Origin: a bacterium
GTDB lineage: Bacteria > Patescibacteriota > Minisyncoccia > UBA6257 > UBA9933
DNA: 64,000 nucleotides
Direction of reading: 5' to 3'
NCBI GenBank assembly: GCA_030693235.1
Contig: JAUYBE010000006.1
Location: 139,601 to 203,600, forward strand
The notes under the pieces were generated by a model that saw only the letters and a list, made by a program, of their open reading frames with translations, did no database searches and had not been told where the DNA came from. How positions within the stretch are numbered: the first letter of the stretch is position 1; every line of letters starts with the position of its first letter. Positions 1-8,154 of this stretch are shown piece by piece. The position numbers and the translations under genes were made by a program.

Positions 1-576
1 GGGGCAACTGCCGTAGCATTGTCTGGTCACTCTCTGGTTATTATTGGCGGTGAAGCTGAGATACGATGTTTAAATCAAATACCTAAGGAATATTGTGCAG
101 TATTGTTATATCCCAAAAATATGAAATCTATTAGCGGAGTCACAGATATACGTCTTTATAGAAAAGGATTTCCTCTATTCAAAAATATGAGTACGGAGTG
201 GGGAGATATTAAAGAAAATATGTTAAAAACAAAGATCATACCAGCGGTTAAGAAAAACGATTATTCGGTTTTATTTAAGGCAATTAATATGTATACGATC
301 GGCGCTTATGGTGATATACCACAATATTTTAAATATCGCTGGGCATCTCATAATATTTTCTTTGACTCGTTTATATATAGCATTTTTTCAAAGCTTTTTG
401 GATCATTAAAAATCGATGAAAATTGTTTTTTTGTTTCTTCCGGGGGTCCACTTATTGTTATTATTACTAAACATTATAAAAAGGCGGTATACTTATTAGG
501 ATATCTAAAGAAAGATTTTATCATTAATAAAGTATCGCTTTATAAAAGGTCAAGCAATTTCCAATTATTAAGATAA
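1..576 (+). CDS. hypothetical protein (5'-truncated; ORF is open from the window edge in the same frame as the listed 19..576 ORF)
   Basis: No stop codon between nt 1 and 19 in this frame. No family motif recognised. Confidence 0.35.
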   Translation, partial: GATAVALSGHSLVIIGGEAEIRCLNQIPKEYCAVLLYPKNMKSISGVTDIRLYRKGFPLFKNMSTEWGDIKENMLKTKIIPAVKKNDYSVLFKAINMYTIGAYGDIPQYFKYRWASHNIFFDSFIYSIFSKLFGSLKIDENCFFVSSGGPLIVIITKHYKKAVYLLGYLKKDFIINKVSLYKRSSNFQLLR

Positions 577-677
577 TCTGTAGTTATTTTTTATTATCTC
601 CGTTTTCTTTTGAATAAAAAACAATCAATAATCTAATTAAATCGCCGAAGGCGCAAAAAAAGAAACGGTGGAGGCGA

Positions 678-729
678 GGGCGGGCAAAAATTCCTTCCCC
701 CCCCCAACCCCCTTCCTTTTTGCCCGCCC
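678..729. repeat. GC-rich hairpin: 13-bp perfect stem GGGCGGGCAAAAA/TTTTTGCCCGCCC with a poly-C loop
   Basis: Direct reading of inverted-repeat arms at 678-690 and 717-729. Loop is ttccttcccccccccaacccccttcc. Confidence 0.5.
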
Positions 730-1088
730 AAGCGAAAATTTATCAAAAGTCGTCGGCGGGATTTTCTTGAAAATGAGTTCTAACTTTGCAAAGCTTGGAA
801 TGTGCCAAAGGCACATGAGCCGATGTATAATGAGATTACAAATTGCCGGTGTAATGCAAAACCTTTTATCAATTTAATTCCCGAAGCTATGATCAAATAT
901 TTTATATATTGTAGAAAATCAAGTAAGGATTTGCTTTGCCCCGTCCGCATTGGGTTTGACGTTCCCCTCACTTCTGCTTTGCAGAAGCACCACGCTTTGC
1001 GTGGTGGCGCGTAGCGCGCGGGGGACGCTAGTCAGTGTCATTGGGATTTTGCTGGAAATAAGTCCGAACTTTTTGGTATAATGACCAC

Positions 1089-1122
1089 AAAAAAATTCCG
1101 AACAATTGTTCGGAATTTTTTT
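1089..1122. terminator. bidirectional intrinsic-terminator-like hairpin AAAAAAATTCCGAACAATTGTTCGGAATTTTTTT
   Basis: Perfect palindrome flanked by A-run and T-run, immediately downstream of the minus-strand tRNA-Pro. Confidence 0.55.
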
Positions 1123-1135
1123 GTTGCCTAAGTTT

Positions 1136-1206
1136 TCGGGCCGCCGGGATTCGAACCCGGAATAAATCCACCCCATGGACTCGTGCTGCCATTACACTAC
1201 AGCCCG
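1136..1206 (-). tRNA. tRNA-Pro (anticodon GGG)
   Basis: The reverse complement folds as a cloverleaf. Acceptor is CGGGCTG/CGGCCCG, the T-arm is CCGGGTTCGAATCCCGG, and the anticodon loop ATGGGGT gives GGG. Confidence 0.75.
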
Positions 1207-1214
1207 TAAATAGT

Positions 1215-1284
1215 TTTTAGTTATTAGTTTGCGGTTAATAGTTTCTAAGTTTTTAATTTTAGTTTTTAAACTATAACTAATAAC
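1215..1284. repeat. inverted repeat TTAGTTATTAGTT / AACTAATAACTAA (13-bp perfect arms)
   Basis: Direct reading. Lies between tRNA-Pro and the 3' end of rpmB (minus strand). Confidence 0.5.
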
Positions 1285-1323
1285 TAATTGACTAAAACCA
1301 ATGACCAAAAACTATAAATCGAC

Positions 1324-1506
1324 TTACGCCTTAGTAAGGCGTTTGATGCATTTCGCGCAAGCTATGACCCGTTTGCCCGAAGACGATTTGGTTTTCTGCA
1401 AATTCGGGTATTTTCTTTTTTTCGGCGTCGGGTTATAATTACCGCGAAGCTTTTTTCTAGCGGCTCTCATAATAGAACCTTTGCCGCAAATTTCACATTG
1501 TTTCAT
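1324..1506 (-). CDS. rpmB: 50S ribosomal protein L28 (zinc-ribbon type)
   Basis: 60 aa with CxxC...CxxC and a basic NP...KR...PNLQ core typical of bL28. Confidence 0.6.
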   Translation of the reverse strand: MKQCEICGKGSIMRAARKKLRGNYNPTPKKRKYPNLQKTKSSSGKRVIACAKCIKRLTKA

Positions 1507-1509
1507 AGA

Positions 1510-1541
1510 TTAGTATTTAGTATTTAGTATTTAGTATTTAG
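1510..1541. repeat. tandem repeat (TAGTATTT)x4 in the divergent promoter region
   Basis: Direct reading. Lies between the rpmB start (1506, minus) and the M50 protease start. Confidence 0.7.
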
Positions 1542-1549
1542 TGTCAAGT

Positions 1550-2155
1550 ATGGAACCGATTTATCTAAAATTATTTTTATACGTGGTCATCGTCCTTTCG
1601 GCGACTTTTCACGAATACGCTCATGGCTTTATCGCTTACAAACTCGGCGATTCAACCGCCAAAGACGCGGGCCGTCTGACTTTAAATCCTTTGGCGCATT
1701 TGGATTTAATGGGAACGGTTGTTATTCCGTTATTTTTATTATTTTACGGCGGAATATTTATCGGCTGGGCAAAACCAGTGCCTTATAATCCTTATAATTT
1801 AAGAGACCAAAAATACGGCTCGCTTAAAGTCGGCATTGCCGGACCGTCGGCGAATTTTTTAATCGCTTTAATTTTGGGGATGTTTATGCGGTTCGCTCCG
1901 ATCTCGCCGCCGTTTTTAATGGCGTTGTCCATTATCGTTTATATTAATATTTTTTTGGGTCTTTTTAATTTGCTTCCGTTCCCGCCGCTTGACGGTTCAA
2001 AGGTTTTTATGGACTTGTTCCCAAGAGCCCGTCATATCATAGAACAGATTGGTTTTTTTGGAATTTTCTTTGCTTTGCTTCTGGCTCTTTTTATTTTGCC
2101 GATTTTGGCGAAAAATCTTTTCTGGCTGATTACCGGCCAAGGATTCGGGATTTAA
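1550..2155 (+). CDS. site-2 protease family (M50) membrane zinc metalloprotease (start may be GTG at 1541)
   Basis: HEYAHG (HExxH) inside a transmembrane helix and multiple TM segments, typical of the small M50 proteases. Confidence 0.55.
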   Translation: MEPIYLKLFLYVVIVLSATFHEYAHGFIAYKLGDSTAKDAGRLTLNPLAHLDLMGTVVIPLFLLFYGGIFIGWAKPVPYNPYNLRDQKYGSLKVGIAGPSANFLIALILGMFMRFAPISPPFLMALSIIVYINIFLGLFNLLPFPPLDGSKVFMDLFPRARHIIEQIGFFGIFFALLLALFILPILAKNLFWLITGQGFGI

Positions 2156-2241
2156 CGCCTGTCCCGAATTTGCCAAAGATTGACAACCATTTTCTTATTT
2201 TGTTATTATACATTGGACTGTCGTTCAGTTATTTTTTATTT

Positions 2242-2653
2242 TATGCCCACAATCAGCCAATTAATTAAAAAGAGAAGAAAAAATACCAAGAAAAAAACCA
2301 AAGCGCCGGCAATGGGTTTGTATTTTAACACGCAGGACAATAAGCCGGTTTATTCAAATTCGCCTTTCAAGCGCGGCGTTTGTTTAAAAGTTTTTACGAC
2401 TACGCCGAAAAAGCCGAATTCGGCCATGCGAAAAGTCGCCCGGGTGCGTTTAACCAACGGCATGGAAGTGACGGCTTATATTCCCGGCGTTGGACACAGT
2501 CTTCAAGAGCATTCGATAGTTATGATAAGGGGCGGCAGAGTCAAGGATTTGCCGGGCGTTAAATATCACATTGTCCGGGGAGTGTTGGACGCCGGCGGCG
2601 TTGAAGGCAGAAAACAGGAAAGAAGCAAGTATGGGGCGAAGAAACCGAAGTAG
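2242..2653 (+). CDS. rpsL: 30S ribosomal protein S12
   Basis: [19 protein letters not shown]...[14 protein letters not shown] core. Start placed at [10 protein letters not shown]. Confidence 0.9.
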
Positions 2654-2732
2654 CTTTTAGGTTTTAGTTTTTAGGTTTTAGATAATAAATTTCTAACACC
2701 TAACACCTAACACTTAACACCTAATACCTAAC
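2654..2732. repeat. family A themed palindrome (TTTTAGG)n-loop-(CCTAACA)n abutting the rpsG start
   Basis: Direct reading. The 3' arm ends 1 nt before the TTG start at 2733. Confidence 0.8.
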
Positions 2733-3200
2733 TTGAGAAGAAAACGTAAATATAAAAAAATTCATCAACCCGACGTTCAATATAATAATATCGCTGTTTC
2801 GCGGTTTATTAACTATTTAATGAAAGGCGGTAAAAAATCCGTTGCCGAGAAATTATTTTACAAATCTTTTGCTAATATTCAAAAGGAAACTAAAACAGAG
2901 CCGCTTTCGATTTTCGAAAAAGCCCTTGAAAACGCCACGCCGCTTCTGGAAGTCGTGTCCAAGCGCGTTGGCGGCGCCAATTATCAGGTGCCTAGAGAAG
3001 TCAGGCCGGAAAGGAAATTTTTATTGGCTTGCCGTTGGATTATTGAAGCAGCTGCGTCAAAAAAAGGTAAACCAATGGCTCAAAAATTGGCCGAAGAATT
3101 AATCGCGGCGTCAAAGAACGAAGGCGCGGCTATAAAGAAAAAACAGAATGTTCATAGAATGGCGGAAGCAAACAGAGCCTTCGCGCATTTCGCCAGATAG
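2733..3200 (+). CDS. rpsG: 30S ribosomal protein S7 (TTG start)
   Basis: RRKRKYKKI...NYLMKGGKKSVAEKLFY matches the uS7 N-terminus. The first codon is ttg. Confidence 0.9.
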   Translation: MRRKRKYKKIHQPDVQYNNIAVSRFINYLMKGGKKSVAEKLFYKSFANIQKETKTEPLSIFEKALENATPLLEVVSKRVGGANYQVPREVRPERKFLLACRWIIEAAASKKGKPMAQKLAEELIAASKNEGAAIKKKQNVHRMAEANRAFAHFAR

Positions 3201-3202
3201 AT

Positions 3203-3275
3203 TAGTTTTTAGGTTTTAGTTTTTAGGTTTTAGATAAAAAAATCTAACACCTAACACCTAACACCTAACACCTAA
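3203..3275. repeat. family A themed palindrome abutting the fusA start
   Basis: Same motifs and orientation as 2654-2732. Ends 2 nt before the TTG start at 3278. Confidence 0.8.
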
Positions 3276-3277
3276 AA

Positions 3278-5428
3278 TTGCGTCAATATCCCTTAGAAAA
3301 ATATAGAAATATAGGAATAATAGCCCATATCGATGCCGGCAAAACAACCGTTTCCGAACGGGTTCTTTTTTATACCGGTGTTTCTCATAAAATCGGCGAG
3401 GTCCATGAGGGAGAGGCGATTATGGATTGGATGGAACAGGAAAAAGAAAGGGGAATCACCATCACCGCGGCGGCCACTACTTGTTTTTGGATGCCGACGT
3501 ATCGTCGGCCGCAGAATTACGCGGACTTGACGCGGACCGACGCGGAAGAAATCAAAAAAAAATATGAACATAGGATTAACATTATTGATACGCCCGGCCA
3601 TATCGATTTCACGGTTGAAGTTCAACGTTCATTAAGGGTGCTTGACGCTGCGGTTGTTATTTTTGACGGCGTGGCCGGCGTTGAACCGCAGTCCGAAACC
3701 GTCTGGCATCAGGCGGATAAATTTAAAGTGCCGCGAATTTGTTTTATCAATAAATTGGACCGGATAGGCGCTAATTTTGAGAAATCGTTTCTTTCAATCC
3801 AGGAAAGATTGAATCCCAACGCGATTGTCGTTCAAATACCGATAGGTCTGGAAGCAAATTTTGAAGGCATTATTGATTTGCTGGCAATGAAGGCTTTTTA
3901 TTTTGAAGGCGATCGCGGCGAAAAAATTATTGAAAAAGAAATACCAAACGAGTTAAAAGTTCAAAGTGAAAAGTTAAAAGTTCTATTAATTGAAAAAATC
4001 TCTGAAACCGACGAAAAATTGACGCAAAAATATCTTGAAGGAAAAGAAATCAGTTTTGAAGAACTTAAACAGGCGATGAGAAAAGCCACAATCAACAGTC
4101 AATTGGTTCCGGTTTTTTGCGGTTCGGCGTTGAAAAACAAAGGCGTTCAGTTGATGCTCGACGCCGTTTTGGATTATTTGCCTTCGCCGCTTGATTTGAA
4201 AGAAATCAAGCCGATTGAAGGAGCGCATCCGAAAACCGAAGAAAAAATTAATCGTCAACCGGCGGATAATGAACCGCTGGCGGCTTTGGCTTTTAAAATC
4301 GCCACAGACCCTTATGTCGGCAGCCTCACCTTCGTCAGAGTTTACAGCGGCGTTCTTAAGAGGGGATCTTACGTTCTGAATTCATCAAAGGGCAATCAGG
4401 AAAGAATCGGCCGGATTGTCCGAATGCACGCCAATCAACGGGAAGAAGTCGAGGAAATGTATGCCGGCGATTTGGGCGCGGCCGTAGGATTGAAAGGAAC
4501 TTCCACGGGCGATACTTTGTGCGATCCGGGCAATCCGATTGTTTTGGAAAAGATTATTTTCCCGGAGCCGGTGATTTCCGTCAGAATCGAGCCGAAAACG
4601 AAAGCCGATCAGGAAAAATTGGGTTTTGCCCTTCATAGATTATCAGAAGAAGATCCGACTTTCCGCATTAGCGGCGACCCCGATACCGGCGAGACGATTA
4701 TTTCCGGTATGGGCGAACTTCATTTGGAAATTATTATTGACCGGGCGAAAAGGGAATTTGGAGTTGAAGCGGATATCGGCAGGCCTCAGGTCGCTTATAA
4801 AGAAACTGTCAACGCCGAGTCCGAAGCTGAGGGTAGATATATCAAGCAATCCGGCGGTCGAGGTCAGTACGGCCATGTTTGGTTAAACGTTAAGTCATTG
4901 GAAAGGGGGAAAGGATTCGTCTTTGTCAATAAAATAAAAGGCGGTATTATTCCCCAGGAATTTATTCCGGCGGTTGAAAAAGGCGTTAAAGAAGCGTTAA
5001 GTAAGGGAATTTTAGCCGGTTATCCGATTGTTGATATTGAGGTGAAACTTTATGACGGTTCTTTTCATGAAGTTGACTCGTCGGAAATCGCTTTTAAAAT
5101 CGCCGGCGCGATGGCTTTTTTGGAAGCGGCAAAAAGAGCCAAGCCGGTGATTTTGGAACCGGTGATGAAAATTCAGGTAATCGCGCCTTTGGAATTTTTA
5201 GGCGACGTTACCGGCGATCTCAATGCCAAGCGCGGAAGGATTGAAAATATTTCAGATAGGGTTAATATTAAAGTGATAGATGTTAAAGTGTCCCTGGCTG
5301 AAATGTTCGGTTACGCGACCAAGTTGCGGTCAATGACTCAGGGCAGAGGAACCTTTACGATGGAATTCGACCATTATGAAGAAGTGCCATCAAATATTGC
5401 CCAGTTGATTATTGAAGGGAAGAAATGA
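3278..5428 (+). CDS. fusA: elongation factor G (TTG start)
   Basis: [17 protein letters not shown]-domain; 716 aa translational GTPase. Confidence 0.95.
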   Translation: MRQYPLEKYRNIGIIAHIDAGKTTVSERVLFYTGVSHKIGEVHEGEAIMDWMEQEKERGITITAAATTCFWMPTYRRPQNYADLTRTDAEEIKKKYEHRINIIDTPGHIDFTVEVQRSLRVLDAAVVIFDGVAGVEPQSETVWHQADKFKVPRICFINKLDRIGANFEKSFLSIQERLNPNAIVVQIPIGLEANFEGIIDLLAMKAFYFEGDRGEKIIEKEIPNELKVQSEKLKVLLIEKISETDEKLTQKYLEGKEISFEELKQAMRKATINSQLVPVFCGSALKNKGVQLMLDAVLDYLPSPLDLKEIKPIEGAHPKTEEKINRQPADNEPLAALAFKIATDPYVGSLTFVRVYSGVLKRGSYVLNSSKGNQERIGRIVRMHANQREEVEEMYAGDLGAAVGLKGTSTGDTLCDPGNPIVLEKIIFPEPVISVRIEPKTKADQEKLGFALHRLSEEDPTFRISGDPDTGETIISGMGELHLEIIIDRAKREFGVEADIGRPQVAYKETVNAESEAEGRYIKQSGGRGQYGHVWLNVKSLERGKGFVFVNKIKGGIIPQEFIPAVEKGVKEALSKGILAGYPIVDIEVKLYDGSFHEVDSSEIAFKIAGAMAFLEAAKRAKPVILEPVMKIQVIAPLEFLGDVTGDLNAKRGRIENISDRVNIKVIDVKVSLAEMFGYATKLRSMTQGRGTFTMEFDHYEEVPSNIAQLIIEGKK

Positions 5429-5436
5429 TAATAATT

Positions 5437-5508
5437 ATGTGTCATTGCGAACGAAGTGAAGCAATCTATATGTGAGATTGCCGCGGGCTTCGCCCTCGCA
5501 ATGACAGT
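5437..5508. repeat. family C palindrome GTCATTGCGA...TCGCAATGAC
   Basis: Arms gtcattgcgaacgaagtgaagcaatct / agattgccgcgggcttcgccctcgcaatgac. Lies between fusA and rplM. Confidence 0.7.
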
Positions 5509-5514
5509 TATTCA

Positions 5515-5856
5515 ATGCAATACACCATCGATGCCACAAATAAAAAATTGGGAAGATTGGCTTCTGAAATAGCCGTAATTTTGCAAGGCAAAAAAAGTCC
5601 GAAATACGAACCGCGACTGGAAGGCGAGGATAAAGTGTTTATCAAAAATATCAATAATCTGGAAGTTAGCGGCAAGAAAATGAAACAAAAAATTTATTAT
5701 CGCCATACGACTCAGGTCGGCCACTTAAAAGAACAAACTTTGGAGATGCTTTGGCAAAAAAAGGGTCCGGCGGAAGTTTTGCGCCGAGCTGTGCTTCATA
5801 TGTTGCCGAAGAATAGATTAAAAATTAAGAGGATAAAAAGGCTAATAATAGAATGA
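5515..5856 (+). CDS. rplM: 50S ribosomal protein L13
   Basis: IDATNKKLGRLASEIA...YYRHT...LP pattern of uL13. Confidence 0.8.
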   Translation: MQYTIDATNKKLGRLASEIAVILQGKKSPKYEPRLEGEDKVFIKNINNLEVSGKKMKQKIYYRHTTQVGHLKEQTLEMLWQKKGPAEVLRRAVLHMLPKNRLKIKRIKRLIIE

Positions 5857-6284
5857 CTAAACCAATTGAAAAAATCGAAAAAATGTCTGAAAAAAAAGAG
5901 CGTTATTTTGAAGCGGTTGGCAGGCGAAAAACAGCCGTGGCGCGAGTAAGGCTTTTTACAAAAAAAATCGGCATTGAGATTAACGATAAAAATCTCAGCG
6001 ATTATTTTCCGATTCTGCGTCTTCGAAAAACAGTTGAGGCTCCTTTGGAAAAAATGAAAATTGCCGATAAATTGGGAGCGGTTGTTAAAGTTAAGGGCGG
6101 CGGGATTATGGCCCAAGCCGAGGCTATTCAGCTTGGCATTGCTCGGGCTTTGATTAAATTCAATGCTGAATTTAGAAAACGGCTTCGTCGCGTTGATATG
6201 CTCACTCGCGATTCGCGAATGGTTGAGCGAAAAAAATATGGTTTGAAAAAAGCAAGGCGGGCGCCGCAGTGGAAGAAGAGATAA
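5853..6284 (+). CDS. rpsI: 30S ribosomal protein S9
   Basis: GRRKTAVARV... and a C-terminal KKYGLKKARRAPQWKKR. Confidence 0.9.
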   Translation: MTKPIEKIEKMSEKKERYFEAVGRRKTAVARVRLFTKKIGIEINDKNLSDYFPILRLRKTVEAPLEKMKIADKLGAVVKVKGGGIMAQAEAIQLGIARALIKFNAEFRKRLRRVDMLTRDSRMVERKKYGLKKARRAPQWKKR

Positions 6285-6295
6285 CAATAAAATTA

Positions 6296-6360
6296 ACCTA
6301 ATTATTCTAATTTCTAATTTCTAAATTAGGTCAATTAGAAATTAGGTCAATTAGAAATTT
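6296..6360. repeat. themed palindrome (TCTAATT)n / (AATTAGAAATTAGG)n
   Basis: Direct reading of inverted tandem motifs downstream of rpsI. Confidence 0.6.
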
Positions 6361-6367
6361 AAAGGCG

Positions 6368-6910
6368 ATGCTTTCTCTAAAATTTATAATAGGTCTTTTA
6401 ATCCTAATTCTTTCCTTCCATATATTAACTACTATCAATCATTGGTATTGGACTTATCCCTGGCTTGATATACCAATGCATTTTCTTGGCGGTTTTTGGG
6501 TGGCGATGGTGTTCTTGTATTTTTGGCGCTCTGCCCATATTTCTATCGGCGCCGGGCGTTTGTCGACTCCAGCGGTCGACACCGCCCTACGCTCTCGGTT
6601 TGCCGACTCCAACTTTGTCGGAGACCAAGCTCGGCGAACCTCCGAGAGTTGCCGTACGAAACACGGGAAGATCGCTAATTCGTTTATTTTGTTGATTTTA
6701 GTGTTGAGTTTTGTGGCTCTAATCGGCGTTTTCTGGGAATTTTATGAATTTCTTTACGATGTTTTAATTTCCAGCCGCGGTTATTCGGGGTTTGCGCGAT
6801 TGGGCGCCGCCGACATGATAGGAGATTTATTTTTTGACCTTTTAGGCGGCTTGACGTTTTTGATAATTTGCCGCATAATGAATTTAAATAATAATAAAAC
6901 AATACAATAA
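6368..6910 (+). CDS. hypothetical membrane protein with an internal GC-rich segment
   Basis: Multiple hydrophobic helices. No family recognised. Confidence 0.4.
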   Translation: MLSLKFIIGLLILILSFHILTTINHWYWTYPWLDIPMHFLGGFWVAMVFLYFWRSAHISIGAGRLSTPAVDTALRSRFADSNFVGDQARRTSESCRTKHGKIANSFILLILVLSFVALIGVFWEFYEFLYDVLISSRGYSGFARLGAADMIGDLFFDLLGGLTFLIICRIMNLNNNKTIQ

Positions 6911-6915
6911 ACAAT

Positions 6916-8154
6916 ATGAAACAATCTAAACTTTTTATCAAAACCAAACGCGAGGCGCCGAAAGACGAAGAGGCGATTAACGCTAGATTACTGATACGGG
7001 CGGGTTTTATCGATAAATTAATGGCGGGAGTTTACACTTTTTTGCCGTTAGGATTAAGAACGCTTAAAAAAATTGAAAATATTATTCGCGAAGAAATGAA
7101 CAAAGCCGGCGGACAGGAAGTTTTAATGCCCGGTCTTCAGCCGAAAGAAAATTGGGTAAAAACCGGAAGATGGGATTCTATGGATGATCTTTATAAAATT
7201 AAGGACGCAAGCGGAAGAGAGTTTGCTTTGGGTCCGACGCACGAAGAAGTGGTTTTCCCCTTACTTAAAAATGTCATTTTTTCTTATAAAGACCTGCCTC
7301 TTTATGTTTATCAAATTCAAAATAAATTCAGGATGGAATTAAGGGCAAAATCCGGCCTTTTGCGCGGAAGAGAATTTTTAATGAAAGATTTTTATTCTTT
7401 CCATACCGACGAAAAAGACAGAGATGATTATTATGATTTTATGGCGAAAGTTTATAAAAATATTTTTGACATACTAGGTATAGGAGATAAAACACACTAT
7501 ACGCTTGCCTCCGGCGGAACATTTTCCAAATATTCCCATGAATTTCAAACTGTCACCGATGCGGGCGAAGATACAATACATATTTGCTGTAAATGCGAAA
7601 TGGCCATAAATGACGATATTATAAAAGAAAATAAATCCTGTCCAAAATGCGGCGAATCAAGTTTTAGCCCAAAAAAGGCCATAGAAGTTGGGAATATTTT
7701 TAAATTAAAAGAAAAATTCGCCGATGATTTCGGATTGAAATTTAAAGATAAAGATGGAATGGAGAAAACGGTTATAACCGGCTGTTATGGAATCGGTCTT
7801 GGTCGGTTGATGGGAGCCGTTGTAGAGTCAAGCTATGATGAAAAAGGAATGATTTGGCCGGAATCAATCGCGCCGTTTCAAGTTCATTTAATCAGACTAA
7901 CGACAAACGACAAACGACAAACGATTTTTGCGGATAAAATTTATAATGCTTTACAAAAATCCGGCGTTGAAGTATTATACGACGACCGCGAAGATATTGG
8001 CGCCGGCGAGAAATTCGCCGATGCGGATTTAATCGGAATTCCATGGCGGGCCGTTGTCAGTGAAAGAACAGGAAATAAGATTGAGATTAAAAAAAGAAAT
8101 GAGAAGAAAACAAGACTGGTGAGCGAGAAAGAATTTATTAAGACACTAAAATGA
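6916..8154 (+). CDS. proS: prolyl-tRNA synthetase (short form without editing domain; Cys4 insertion)
   Basis: REAPKDEEAINARLLIRAGFI...GVYTFLPLGLR class II motifs. CCKCE...CPKCG insertion. Confidence 0.85.
   Translation: MKQSKLFIKTKREAPKDEEAINARLLIRAGFIDKLMAGVYTFLPLGLRTLKKIENIIREEMNKAGGQEVLMPGLQPKENWVKTGRWDSMDDLYKIKDASGREFALGPTHEEVVFPLLKNVIFSYKDLPLYVYQIQNKFRMELRAKSGLLRGREFLMKDFYSFHTDEKDRDDYYDFMAKVYKNIFDILGIGDKTHYTLASGGTFSKYSHEFQTVTDAGEDTIHICCKCEMAINDDIIKENKSCPKCGESSFSPKKAIEVGNIFKLKEKFADDFGLKFKDKDGMEKTVITGCYGIGLGRLMGAVVESSYDEKGMIWPESIAPFQVHLIRLTTNDKRQTIFADKIYNALQKSGVEVLYDDREDIGAGEKFADADLIGIPWRAVVSERTGNKIEIKKRNEKKTRLVSEKEFIKTLK

Noticed and set aside
600-1080. tmRNA, RNase P RNA or SRP RNA in the GC-rich intergenic blocks (also 13700-14110)
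   Set aside because: I could not find the conserved cores (RNase P GGAAAGUCCGG, SRP GGAAGCAGC, tmRNA tRNA-like 3' end with CCA) by eye, so they are left as unclassified candidate structured RNAs.
668-1176. Listed ORFs 668..877+, 780..971-, 802..1014+, 919..1176-
   Set aside because: They mutually overlap, lie within GC-rich hairpin-dense sequence, and run into the tRNA-Pro, so they are unlikely to be coding.
2654-3275. Possible CRISPR arrays at the tandem heptamer regions (family A/B elements)
   Set aside because: Repeat units are 7 nt with no unique spacers, and each element is a palindrome of two arms, which is not a repeat-spacer architecture. No cas genes lie nearby.
3293-3625. Antisense or alternative-frame ORFs nested inside fusA, rpsL, tuf, secY, the ATPase and similar genes (e.g. 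3293..3625-, 2380..2562+, 12528..12917-, 23895..24185+, 38255..38518+)
   Set aside because: They are fully embedded in well-supported conserved genes and have low-complexity or odd compositions, typical of spurious ORFs.
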